A stretch of DNA of 64,000 nt, taken from positions 634 through 64,633 of the forward strand of contig JAJDYU010000024.1 in assembly GCA_022825005.1 (NCBI GenBank). Direction: 5' to 3'. Under the pieces are notes generated by a model. It did no database searches and had not been told where the DNA came from. It worked only from the letters and a program-made list of their open reading frames with translations. Source of the stretch: Acidimicrobiia bacterium. Lineage in GTDB: Bacteria; Actinomycetota; Acidimicrobiia; Acidimicrobiales; Bin134. Positions 39,507 through 49,028 of this stretch are shown here, piece after piece; the first letter of the stretch is position 1; every line of letters starts with the position of its first letter. A program made the translations under genes and the position numbers.

Positions 39507-40739
39507 TCACCGGAGCAACGACCGCAGGTCGGTGTCAGGGTCAGACAGGGCCGGCGCAGGCGGCGTTGCCTGTTGGGCAATTAGCCGATCAGCCAGCAGC
39601 ATCTCGCGGCCAAGCGCATTGCCGGTGGCGACGCAGCTAGCGCACACGACTCTGCCCTGATCGTCAATCCCGAAGTGGACTTCGTTGCCGTCTCGTCGGC
39701 GCCGGGACACCAGCCTTGTGGCAGCGCCATGGAGTCCCTTGACATGCAAGGTGAGGTCGTATTGGTCTGACCAGAACGACGGAACGGCGTCATATCCGGC
39801 TGAACCGTCCAGCAAGTTGATGGCAGCGACCTTTGCCTGGGCGAGCGCGTTGTTCCAGGATTCGAGCCGTATGCGCGAGCCCCCATAGAGGGGATGTGGC
39901 ACCGAGCAGCAATCACCCGCTGCGTAGATCACAGCGTCGGCGGTGCGCAAGTGCTGGTCCACGGCGATCCCGTTCGAGATCGGCAGCCCCGCGGTGGCGG
40001 CCAACTCTGTGTTGGGGATCGCGCCGACTCCGGCTACGACCAGGTCTGCCTCTGCGACCGAACCATCGTCGAGGTATGTCAAGAGTGTGCCGTTCATGCG
40101 TTCCACGCTGACGCAGCTGACGCCCAGCCTCATGTCGACACCCTCCGTCACATGCCGGTCATGCAGCACGCGGGCCACCGGGCTTGGGACGACGCGAGCC
40201 ATGAGCTTGTGCGCGAATTCGACCACTGTCACTTCGCATCCCCGGCCCACCGCGCTAGCGGCCACCTCTAGCCCTATGAATCCTCCTCCCATGACCAAGA
40301 CGCGCGCTCCGGCGACCAGCGAGGAGCGGAGTTGTGCCGCGTCGGCGGCGCTGCGCACCGTGTATACGTCTTGATGTCCGGGCACGGGAAGCTGCCTTGC
40401 CCTCGAGCCTGTGCACAACAGCAGGCGGTCGTAGCGGATCTCTCGGCCTTCTACTAGGGTGGTGGTGCGGAAGTCGGAGTTGATGCGGACTGCCCTGGTT
40501 CCTGAGATCCACTCGATGCCAGCCTCTGCCAACGCTTCGCGAGTGGCAATGCGGCGCAACTCGCCGTCGCTTCCCGCCAGGAGCCCCTTCGAGAGAACAG
40601 GCCGCTCGTACGGCTCCTCGTGCTCCTCGCCGACCAGCACCACTTTGCCGTCGAAACCCAGCTCGCGCAATCCCAACGCGGCGCGCGTGCCGCAGTCCCC
40701 TGAGCCCACGATCACGATCTGGCGCACTTCGGCCGTCAC
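39507..40739 (-). CDS. NAD(P)H:ferredoxin reductase, MocF-like (copy 1)
   Basis: PYERPVLSK, GGGFIGLE, AAGDCC, RLESW, FWSDQYD. Confidence 0.9.
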   Translation of the reverse strand: MTAEVRQIVIVGSGDCGTRAALGLRELGFDGKVVLVGEEHEEPYERPVLSKGLLAGSDGELRRIATREALAEAGIEWISGTRAVRINSDFRTTTLVEGREIRYDRLLLCTGSRARQLPVPGHQDVYTVRSAADAAQLRSSLVAGARVLVMGGGFIGLEVAASAVGRGCEVTVVEFAHKLMARVVPSPVARVLHDRHVTEGVDMRLGVSCVSVERMNGTLLTYLDDGSVAEADLVVAGVGAIPNTELAATAGLPISNGIAVDQHLRTADAVIYAAGDCCSVPHPLYGGSRIRLESWNNALAQAKVAAINLLDGSAGYDAVPSFWSDQYDLTLHVKGLHGAATRLVSRRRRDGNEVHFGIDDQGRVVCASCVATGNALGREMLLADRLIAQQATPPAPALSDPDTDLRSLLR

Positions 40740-40796
40740 AGTGCTAAACCGTAATCGCTGGGTCGCAGGGTGTCGCGCCCCATCAAGTCGCTGGTG

Positions 40797-41480
40797 TCAG
40801 CTGCAGCGCGATGCGTCGACCGCTGGACCGAGTTCACCGGTCGCGAGTTGCGTGTCGATGAGTTCGCGTGCTCGGCTGACGTCGATGGCATACGACCCGT
40901 CGTCGTCGAAGCCACGTGTGCGCGCCCACAGCACACCTATGATCTCGCCGTCGACGTAGACGGCGCCGCCCGAGTCTCCCAGCTCGATGTCAGCCGTGAG
41001 CTCAAAGCCCGGTCTGGTGATGTCACCCTCCACATAGATGTCCTCGGTGTTGATCCGGACTCTCCGCCGGACCTCCACATCGAGTTCGATTGGTGCCCCG
41101 TCTCGAAACACCAGCGCGTGGCCTAACGAGCCCGGCTCGACGTGATCACTTGAGATTGAGGGTTCGATCGCGTCAGCTGCGGCTTCGGCCGGTGTGCGCA
41201 GGTAGGCCAGGTCCATGAACGGGTCGAAACCGACGACGGTCGCGGCTGCCTCGGTGTCGGCATCCATCCGGACCGTGATGGTGTTTGCACCGGCCACCAC
41301 GTGGGCCGATGTCAAGACGACACCGGCCGCGACAACGAGCCCACTTCCCTTCCTGGCTCCCGCCCCACAGCCTTCAGCGCGGATGCCGACCGCTCGCAGT
41401 TCAGCCCCGTGGGTACCGCAGCCCCACAGGAGGAGCGACGCAACGACGGCCAAGGCGGTACCGATGACTTTTGGCGGCAT
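40797..41480 (-). CDS. Trypsin-like serine protease, putative lipoprotein
   Basis: LLLWGC signal, TSAHVV, DLAYL, GDSGG triad motifs; start uncertain. Confidence 0.8.
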   Translation of the reverse strand: MPPKVIGTALAVVASLLLWGCGTHGAELRAVGIRAEGCGAGARKGSGLVVAAGVVLTSAHVVAGANTITVRMDADTEAAATVVGFDPFMDLAYLRTPAEAAADAIEPSISSDHVEPGSLGHALVFRDGAPIELDVEVRRRVRINTEDIYVEGDITRPGFELTADIELGDSGGAVYVDGEIIGVLWARTRGFDDDGSYAIDVSRARELIDTQLATGELGPAVDASRCS

Positions 41481-41498
41481 CGGCCAAGAATGTATAAA

Positions 41499-41508
41499 TG
41501 TCATAACA
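41499..41508. promoter_or_regulatory. IolR-type operator
   Basis: TGTCATAACA fits the C. glutamicum IolR consensus KGWCHTRACA as I recall it; TTGACG at 41515-41520. Confidence 0.65.
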
Positions 41509-41613
41509 AACTTCTTGACGACGCGTACATTTCAGTAGAGACTGTACGACTGTTCGTCAGAACACGCGACCGGCATCCAGAGGGGGGCCGGGCTACCGAA
41601 AGGAAATCCGCAA

Positions 41614-42750
41614 ATGAAATCAATGGTCCCGGTGGAGGGCGGTCGCTTGTTGGCATCTTCCACCTTTCTCAAGCTGTTGGCGATCTTGGCAGCGATTGTG
41701 CTGCTGGCTGGTGCCTGCGGGGATGACAGCTCCTCCGACGGTGGTGTTACGGACGCCGGTGACACTACGGCCGATGGCGCTGCCGCCGACGACGGCGCTG
41801 CCGCTGCCGCCGAAGAGGTCGATGTCACCCAGGGTGGCGAAGCCGGCGGCGCCGGGGAGCGCGAGATCTGCGCTATCGGTGGTGCTGACGCGTTCTTCAG
41901 CGTTGTGAAAAACGGCGCCGACGCCGCCGGTGCAGCCGTCGAGGCTGCTGGCAGCAACTTCACCTGGATCGCGTTGCCGAACTACGACAACATCGGTCCC
42001 GACATGGTCAAGCTGATCGAGCAGGCGGTCGCCCAGAACTGCACGGCGCTCGCGGTACCCGTCTGGGACGGTGCTGCTCAGGCCCCGGCTCTTGCGGCTG
42101 CGATCAACGCCGGTGTCAACGTGTTCATGTACAACTCCGGTCTGCCTCTGCTCGAGGATGGTACAATCGACGCTCTCGGGTACTTCGGCACTGACGAGTA
42201 CAAGGCCGGCCTTGCGGCCGGTCAGGCCCACGCCGACGGCGGTGGCACGAGCCTGCTGTGCGTCAACACCCAGCCCGGCGCGGTGAACTGGCAGCAGCGC
42301 TGCGGCGGTGCCATCGAGGCCGCCAGTGCTGCCGGTCTCGAGACCGAGGAGCTCATCCTGCCGGCCGAGAACTTTGGTGACGCGGCTGCGATCTCCGCCG
42401 CCGTCCAGGCCAAGCTAGCGGAGAACTCGGGCATCGACGCCATCATGACCGGCTCGGCGGCCGACGCCGATGCTGTCGCCGAGGCCCTGTCGTCGATGGG
42501 CGCCGACCACGTCGCGCAAGGCTCGTGGGACGTCTCCGCCAACATCCTCGACCGGATCGCGAGTGGTGAGGCGCTGTTCGCCATCGACCAGCAGGGTTGG
42601 CTCCAGGGCTGGTACGCTGTGTCGCACGCCTGGTACTACGACCAGTACGCCATCCTGCCGGCGACTAACGTCATCCTGACCGGTCCTGCGCTGATCACCG
42701 CCGACAATGTCGCGACGGTCCAGCTGGCCGTGGACTCGGGTCAGCGCTGA
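41614..42750 (+). CDS. Sugar (inositol-type) ABC transporter substrate-binding lipoprotein
   Basis: LAGAC lipobox, DAFFSVVKNGA, FAIDQQGWLQG, ILTGPALIT; start may be later. Confidence 0.92.
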   Translation: MKSMVPVEGGRLLASSTFLKLLAILAAIVLLAGACGDDSSSDGGVTDAGDTTADGAAADDGAAAAAEEVDVTQGGEAGGAGEREICAIGGADAFFSVVKNGADAAGAAVEAAGSNFTWIALPNYDNIGPDMVKLIEQAVAQNCTALAVPVWDGAAQAPALAAAINAGVNVFMYNSGLPLLEDGTIDALGYFGTDEYKAGLAAGQAHADGGGTSLLCVNTQPGAVNWQQRCGGAIEAASAAGLETEELILPAENFGDAAAISAAVQAKLAENSGIDAIMTGSAADADAVAEALSSMGADHVAQGSWDVSANILDRIASGEALFAIDQQGWLQGWYAVSHAWYYDQYAILPATNVILTGPALITADNVATVQLAVDSGQR

Positions 42751-42766
42751 TCTCCGTGCTGTAGGG

Positions 42767-42848
42767 GATGGGCCGAGGTCATGGCCCATCACGCACTATG
42801 AAGATGCCTGTGAGGGGTGGGTCGTGATAGCCATGGCTCACCCCTCAC
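42767..42848 (+). terminator. Two intergenic stem-loops after the binding-protein gene (mRNA stabiliser/attenuator)
   Basis: GATGGGCC/GGCCCATC at 42767-42790; 17-bp stem with G:U pairs at 42810-42848; no U tract. Confidence 0.6.
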
Positions 42849-42898
42849 CGCATCCGTTCAGTGAGGAGATCGACATCCATGGATGAAGGAGATCGATC

Positions 42899-43948
42899 GT
42901 GCTGAACCTGAAGAACCTCGCCCGGCGACCTGAGTTCGCGGCCTTCGTCGGCACGCTGTTCGTATTCGTGTTCTTCGGGTACTTCGGTTGGCCGACTTTC
43001 ACCAGTGCGTTGGTGACCGCCGGCTGGCTCAACGTGGCGGCTGAACTCGGACTAATCGCTCTGCCCGTCGCTCTGGTGATGGTCGCGGGACACCTCGATC
43101 TCTCCGTCGGCTCCATCCTCGCCGCAGGAGCGATGACTTATGCCATCCTCACCGGCCACTACGACCTTCCCGACTACGTCGGTTTGCCCGCCGGCCTGGC
43201 GGTCGGAACATTCTTCGGGTTCCTCAACGGCTTGATCATCACTAAGACCAAGCTGTCGTCGTTCATCGTGACGCTGGCGATGCTGTTCGCCCTCCGGGGC
43301 CTCGTTTTCGGCATCACCAGGCTCACGACCAGCACCGTGCTCGTGCCCGTCGAGGTGGACTCATTCGTGAGGGAGACCTTCGGGTGACGGATCTGGAGGA
43401 CGTACGAGAATGCGATCATCCTCTGGGTGATCATGGCTCTCATCGTGTCGTGGATCCTCTACAAGACGAAGTTCGGGAACTGGGTCTTCGCTATCGGCGG
43501 CGACGAGACCTCGGCGCGGGCCGCAGGTGTCCCGGTCGAGCGGACGACCATCCTTCTCTTCATGGGCTCCGGTTTCGGCGCGTCGCTGCTCGGTGTCACC
43601 CAGGTCGCACTATTCGGGAGTGCTCAGGTGTCGGCCGGGCAGTCCTACGTCTTCTTCTCGATCATTGCGGTAGTCGTCGGCGGAGTATTGCTGACCGGCG
43701 GCTACGGTTCGCCGATAGGTGTGATCTTCGGAACGATGACCTTTGCCATTGTCTCCCAGGGCATCTACTCCACCGGGTGGGATTCCGACTGGTCTTCGCT
43801 GATCCTCGGCGTGCTCCTGCTGATTGCCGTTCTGACCAACAACACCTTCCGCCGACTGGCACTCTCCTCCGGAGACAAGAAGGATGAGTCCTTGAGCACG
43901 GGCAGGCGGACCGATTCGCAGACTTCGACCGAGCCGGCAACCAACTAA
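42899..43948 (+). pseudogene. Sugar ABC permease interrupted by an in-frame TGA (43385-43387)
   Basis: GHLDLSVGS, SSFIVTLA, FGNWVFAIGG, VVVGGVLLTGGYGS all in one frame; ...ETFG*RIWRTY... Confidence 0.8.
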
Positions 43949-43959
43949 GGAGGCGACCG

Positions 43960-44772
43960 TTGTCTGAAGACCGAACGCCCTACATTAGCGTCGAGAACAT
44001 GTCCAAAGTCTTTGGCGGCTACGCCGCCCTCGACGAGGTGTCGCTGGAGGTCCATGAAGGTGAGGTCCTCTGCCTTCTCGGCGACAACGGTGCCGGGAAG
44101 TCCACGCTGATCAAGATCCTCTCCGGCTTTCATCAGCCCAGTTCGGGCACGATGAAGATCCAGGGCGAAGAGCGGGTCTTCAAGAGCCCTCGCGACGCGG
44201 CGGACCTGGGCATCTCCACGGTGCACCAGTTCGGCGGAACCTTCGAGCTCATGAGCCTCGAACGTTCGTTCTTCGTCGGCCTCGAGCCGACCAAGGGCTG
44301 GGGCCCGTTCAAGTGGTTCGACCGCAAGTCGGCGAACGAGATCGTCGTCCGTGAGATGCAGGCGATGGGAATCACCCGCGTCTCCGACGGCAATCGACTC
44401 GTTGGCAGCCTGTCAGGTGGTGAGCGGCAGGTGTCCGCCATCGCCCGGGCGGTCTACTTCGGCGCCAAGGTGCTCATCCTGGACGAGCCGACTGCGGCCC
44501 TGGGTGTCAAGGAGGCGGCCCACGTCCTGCGGATCATCATGGAGGCGAAGCTCAGAGGCCTGGCCGTGGTACTGGTCACCCACAATGTCACCCATGCCAT
44601 GACCGTCGGTGACCATTTCGCCATTCTCATCCACGGCGAGAAGGCCGATGACTTCGCCAAGGGCGACCGGACTCGAGAGGAGATCACCGACTTGATGGCC
44701 GGTGGCGAGGCTATGGGGGAGCTTGAGGCCGAACTCGCCCGTCTCGTTGCTGCCGGCGCCCAATCCACGTAG
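43960..44772 (+). CDS. Sugar ABC transporter ATP-binding protein
   Basis: GDNGAGKST, LSGGERQ, LILDEPT. Confidence 0.95.
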   Translation: MSEDRTPYISVENMSKVFGGYAALDEVSLEVHEGEVLCLLGDNGAGKSTLIKILSGFHQPSSGTMKIQGEERVFKSPRDAADLGISTVHQFGGTFELMSLERSFFVGLEPTKGWGPFKWFDRKSANEIVVREMQAMGITRVSDGNRLVGSLSGGERQVSAIARAVYFGAKVLILDEPTAALGVKEAAHVLRIIMEAKLRGLAVVLVTHNVTHAMTVGDHFAILIHGEKADDFAKGDRTREEITDLMAGGEAMGELEAELARLVAAGAQST

Positions 44773-44872
44773 GGGTCTGCGAGGGATCGGTCTGGTCTGG
44801 ATCAAACCCCCTCCGAGATTGGAGCGCCGGGTCGGCCCGGAGAACGACACATCACTATGAGAACGCATCACC

Positions 44873-45187
44873 ATGAGCAACTGGACTAAAGCCTGCAATG
44901 CCGACGACGTCGACAGCGAGGACGTGATCCCGGTGGCGATCGACGGGCACGACTACGCCGTGTACCGGTCACCCGCTGATGACTACTTCGCTACCGACGG
45001 TCTCTGCACCCACGAGGCGTTCCTCCTCACCGACGGTTTGATTATGGACAACATCATCGAGTGCCCGAAGCACAACGGCCGCTTCGACTACACCACCGGC
45101 GAGGGCCAAGGCGCACCGATCTGCGAGAATCTGAGGACCTATCCCGTCAAGGTTGAGGGCGGTTCGGTGTACATCGACCTTGGTTGA
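44873..45187 (+). CDS. mocE: Rieske 2Fe-2S ferredoxin, MocE-like
   Basis: CTHE...ECPKHNGRFD; HDYAVYRSP. Confidence 0.88.
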   Translation: MSNWTKACNADDVDSEDVIPVAIDGHDYAVYRSPADDYFATDGLCTHEAFLLTDGLIMDNIIECPKHNGRFDYTTGEGQGAPICENLRTYPVKVEGGSVYIDLG

Positions 45188-45188
45188 C

Positions 45189-46433
45189 ATGGCGGCGACC
45201 GACAGCGTCGAGCGAATCGTGCTGGTGGGCGCGGGAGAGTGCGCGGCACGAGTGGCCCGAGTGCTGCGCGAGCAAGGCTTCACCGGCGAGATCGCCATGA
45301 TTGGCGACGAACCGCACGCACCCTACGAGCGTCCGCCGCTTTCGAAGGCGGCTTTGGTCGACGATGAGATCAGTCAAGTGGAAGTGCTGTCCGCGACACG
45401 GCTGGCAGAGCTCGGCGTCGAACTGATCGCGGGAACTGCGGTCGAGTCTTTGGACCGCGACAGAAGGCTTGCCGTCCTATCCGACCGCGAAGAGGTGACG
45501 TACGACCGTCTCCTACTCGCGACCGGAGCGCGTGCACGAACATTGCCGATCGCCGGTGGCGAGTTTGCGCTCACCTTGCGGACGATCGACGACGCGAGGG
45601 CACTCCGCTCCCGGCTTGGTCCCGGACGCTCCGTAGTCGTCATAGGAGCGGGCCTCATCGGGCTGGAGGTCGCCGCCTCGGCGAGTCAGTTGGGATGCGA
45701 TGTCGCCGTGCTGGAGGCCGCGCCGCGAGCGCTCGGCCGCGCCCTTCCAGCCGAGATGGCCGACGTGCTGGTCAAACGCCACGCCGACGAGGGCGTCGAG
45801 GTGCTGTGTGGCGTCGTACCTACCGACATCACCAGACTTGGCGGCAGGTTCGCGGTCGGGGTAGGGGGATTCGACAAGCCAATCACGGCCGACGTGGTCA
45901 TCGCCGGAGTCGGCGCCACACCCAACGTGGAGTTGGCCCAAGCCAGTGGGCTCACGTGCGAGAACGGCATCGCGGTGGACGATCGTCTTCGCACCGACGA
46001 CCCGGTGATCTTCGCGGCCGGAGACTGTTGCTCATTTCCTCATCCGCTGTACGGGGGCCGGAGGATCCGGCTCGAGAGCTGGCGCAACGCTCACGATCAG
46101 GCCGAGGTCGCGGCCGCGAACATGCTCGGCGGCGATGAGCAGCACTCTGCGGTGCCCTGGTTCTGGTCCGATCAGTACGACTTCGGGCTCCAGCATGCGG
46201 GACTCGCCGACGAGGCAGCGTTGTCGGTGGTGCGTGACGGCGGCGATGGCAGCCAGATTCGATTCGCCCTCGCGCCCGACGGCCGGCTCGTTGCCGCCAG
46301 CGGCGTCGGCCCCGGTATCTCCACCGCCAAGGACATCCGCCTTGCAGAGATGCTGATCGCGGCAGGCAGCCGGCCCGATGCTGAAACACTCGCCGACCCA
46401 TCGGTGTCCCTCAAGAGGCTGATCAAGTTGTGA
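45189..46433 (+). CDS. mocF: NAD(P)H:ferredoxin reductase, MocF-like (copy 2)
   Basis: 1 nt after mocE; GAGECAAR, PYERPPLSK, AAGDCCSFPHPLYGG, RLESWRNA, WFWSDQYD. Confidence 0.88.
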   Translation: MAATDSVERIVLVGAGECAARVARVLREQGFTGEIAMIGDEPHAPYERPPLSKAALVDDEISQVEVLSATRLAELGVELIAGTAVESLDRDRRLAVLSDREEVTYDRLLLATGARARTLPIAGGEFALTLRTIDDARALRSRLGPGRSVVVIGAGLIGLEVAASASQLGCDVAVLEAAPRALGRALPAEMADVLVKRHADEGVEVLCGVVPTDITRLGGRFAVGVGGFDKPITADVVIAGVGATPNVELAQASGLTCENGIAVDDRLRTDDPVIFAAGDCCSFPHPLYGGRRIRLESWRNAHDQAEVAAANMLGGDEQHSAVPWFWSDQYDFGLQHAGLADEAALSVVRDGGDGSQIRFALAPDGRLVAASGVGPGISTAKDIRLAEMLIAAGSRPDAETLADPSVSLKRLIKL

Positions 46434-46535
46434 CTCACCCGAACACGAAATGGAGCACCCCATGGGCATCAACGCCACCGAGGACGACCATCTCCGCAAG
46501 GCGCAGTGGGCGATAGCGGAAGAAGTCGATAAGTG

Positions 46536-47567
46536 ATGGCTGAACTCTCCGTCGCCTTGTTCGGGGCCGGGCGGATCGGTACCGTGCACGCCGCGAACAT
46601 CGTCGATCATCCCGACACCAGGCTGCGGTACGTGGTTGACCCCGTCGATTCCGCAGCCCAGGCTCTGGTTGCCCGCACGGGCGCCGAGCACGTCGACGAG
46701 GGGACTGCACTGGGCGATCCCGGCGTCCACGCCATTGTCATATGCTCGAGCACCAACACCCACGCCGAGCTGATCGAGAGTGGCATCGGCGCCGGCAAGG
46801 CCGTGTTTGCCGAGAAGCCGATCGACCTCGACATCAAGCGGGTCCGCTCGGTTCTCGACGCCATCACTGGCTCTGAACTTCCATTGTTCGTCGGGTTCAA
46901 CCGGCGATTCGACCCGGGCGTGGCCGAGGTGCGCCGCCGGGCCGCCACTGGTGAGCTGGGCGACATCGAGTTGGTCACAGTCGTGTCGAAGGATCCCGAC
47001 GGGGGCCTCCCGATCGAGTATCTGAAGGTCTCGGGCGGGATGTTCCGCGATATGACTATCCACGACTTCGACATGGTCAGGTACCTCCTCGGCGAGGAGC
47101 CGATCACCGTCAGCGCAACCGCTGCGACCCTCGTCTCCCAAGACATTGCCGATATCGGAGATGTCGACACCGCGTCGCTCTCGATGCAGACGGCGTCGGG
47201 CAAGATCGCAGTCATCACCAACAGCCGCCGTTGCTGCGCCGGCTACGACCAGCGGGTTGAGGTCCACGGGTCGACCGGGACGGCCCGCACCGACAACATT
47301 CCGAAGTCGATGTTCTCGATCGAGACGGCCGGAGGCAGCGAAAGGGACAATCCGAAGTTCTTCTTCAAAGATCGCTACGCCGAGTCCTACGCCCTCGAAT
47401 GGGGACGCTTTGTGGAGGTGCTGCGGTTCGACGCGCCACCTGAACCCACCGGGGTCGACGGCTACCGGGCGTTGTTGCTCGCCGAGGCTGCCTACCTCTC
47501 CCTGGAGGAGCGCCGCACTGTCACGGTCGAGGAGACCGAGAACCGCGTGCTCGGAGCCGGCTCATGA
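46536..47567 (+). CDS. iolG: Inositol 2-dehydrogenase
   Basis: GAGRIGTVHA, EKPID, GFNRRFDP, SGGMFRDMTIHDFD, GYDQRVEVHG. Confidence 0.9.
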   Translation: MAELSVALFGAGRIGTVHAANIVDHPDTRLRYVVDPVDSAAQALVARTGAEHVDEGTALGDPGVHAIVICSSTNTHAELIESGIGAGKAVFAEKPIDLDIKRVRSVLDAITGSELPLFVGFNRRFDPGVAEVRRRAATGELGDIELVTVVSKDPDGGLPIEYLKVSGGMFRDMTIHDFDMVRYLLGEEPITVSATAATLVSQDIADIGDVDTASLSMQTASGKIAVITNSRRCCAGYDQRVEVHGSTGTARTDNIPKSMFSIETAGGSERDNPKFFFKDRYAESYALEWGRFVEVLRFDAPPEPTGVDGYRALLLAEAAYLSLEERRTVTVEETENRVLGAGS

Positions 47568-48526
47568 GAATCGGCTGCGTCACCGACTCCCTGGCTCACC
47601 TGCCGTTCGACGAACTGCTCGACACACTCTCGCAACTGGATGTGGCCGGCATCGAGCTGAACACCGGCAACTGGTCGTCGGCACCGCACTGCGACTTGAG
47701 CAACCTGCTCGCTGACGAGGCTGCCCGTAAGGATCTGCTACGACGCGTCGACGCCCGCGGCCTGGAGCTGTTCGCGTTGAACGCCAACGGCAACCAACTC
47801 CATCCGACCGGTGGCGAGCGCCAGTCGGCATGCCTGCACGACACCGTGCGCCTCGCCGGTGCGCTTGGTGTCGAGACCGTCGTGTGCATGTCGGGGTTAC
47901 CCGCGGGCGCGCCGGGCGACCTCATGCCGAATTGGGTGGTGTCGTCATGGCCACCCGAGACGCAGACCATCCTGCGATACCAGTGGGAGGAGGTGGCATT
48001 GCCGTACTGGGCCGATCTCGTCGAGCTCGCCAACCGCGAGGGCGTCGAGCGCATCGCCGTCGAACTCCATGGCAACCAGCTCGTCTTCAACGCGCCGACC
48101 CTTTTGCGTCTACGCGATGAGATCGGCCCAACTGTGGGTGCCAATCTCGACCCGAGCCACATGATGTGGATGGGCGGTGATCCTCTCCAGGCGATCGACT
48201 TGCTCGGCGAAGCGACCTACCACGTGCACGCCAAGGACACTTACATCAACCCGGCGAAGGTCGGGACCCGGACGCTCCTCGAGAACGGCTCGCTCGAGGA
48301 TCTGTCGAACCGCTCGTGGTGGTACATCACTCTCGGCTACGGCCACAATGAGCGGTGGTGGCGTGACTTCTGCTACCGATTGCGCATGGCCGGCTACGAC
48401 GGTTGGCTATCGATCGAACACGAGGACATAAATCTCTCCCGATTCGAAGGACTCCGGAAGTCCGTCGACCTGCTTCGCAAGGTCGCCCCCACCGAGGCCC
48501 CCGACTTTGAAGTCCAGGACATCTGA
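47564..48526 (+). CDS. Sugar phosphate isomerase/epimerase TIM barrel (inosose-processing candidate)
   Basis: GNQLHP, AVELHG, NLDPSH, HVHAKD, LSIEHED. Confidence 0.88.
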   Translation: MRIGCVTDSLAHLPFDELLDTLSQLDVAGIELNTGNWSSAPHCDLSNLLADEAARKDLLRRVDARGLELFALNANGNQLHPTGGERQSACLHDTVRLAGALGVETVVCMSGLPAGAPGDLMPNWVVSSWPPETQTILRYQWEEVALPYWADLVELANREGVERIAVELHGNQLVFNAPTLLRLRDEIGPTVGANLDPSHMMWMGGDPLQAIDLLGEATYHVHAKDTYINPAKVGTRTLLENGSLEDLSNRSWWYITLGYGHNERWWRDFCYRLRMAGYDGWLSIEHEDINLSRFEGLRKSVDLLRKVAPTEAPDFEVQDI

Positions 48527-48621
48527 CCAACGAGTGATAGCGAGGGACGCCATGGTCGATGAGACAGCATTCGGGACCCGTGACGCGAAGGGTCACCTCG
48601 TGTCCGATCAGCGGGTGGGGT

Positions 48622-48798
48622 GAGGTTCCCACTGCTGGTCGGGTCATGGATGCGGCGCGCATCAAAGTCGACCATTCAATGGGCTATGCCGATGCGTTCG
48701 CCGATGCCACCGCCGTCAACCACGAAGCAACCCTGTGGACCGGCGACCCTGAACTTCTCTTGTCGGGTGCCAAATGGGCTTGGCGCGATCTCCGCTAG
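48622..48798 (+). pseudogene. C-terminal fragment of a PIN-domain (VapC) toxin
   Basis: AARIKVDHSMGYADAFA...TLWTGDPEL; N-terminal D-containing strand and antitoxin absent. Confidence 0.7.
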
Positions 48799-48863
48799 GG
48801 CCAGGAGTGCTCCCCATTCAGGTCGCCCGATCCCGAGAGAAGCCGGTACACTGCAGCGTTCCT

Positions 48864-48939
48864 GCCCCGTTCGTCTAGAGGCCTAGGACGCCAGATTCTC
48901 AATCTGGTAACACGGGTTCGAATCCCGTACGGGGTGCCA
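48864..48939 (+). tRNA. tRNA-Glu(CTC)
   Basis: GCCCCGT/ACGGGGT acceptor stem, CCAGA-TTCTCAA-TCTGG anticodon arm, GGTTCGAATCC, encoded CCA; 76 nt. Confidence 0.97.
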
Positions 48940-49028
48940 TTGCTTTTCTCTGCTGCCGGACCCTCCAGCGGCGTCTCGCGGGCACGTCGTTAGTCAACTT
49001 CCATTGAACGGGATATAGTTTCTAATTT

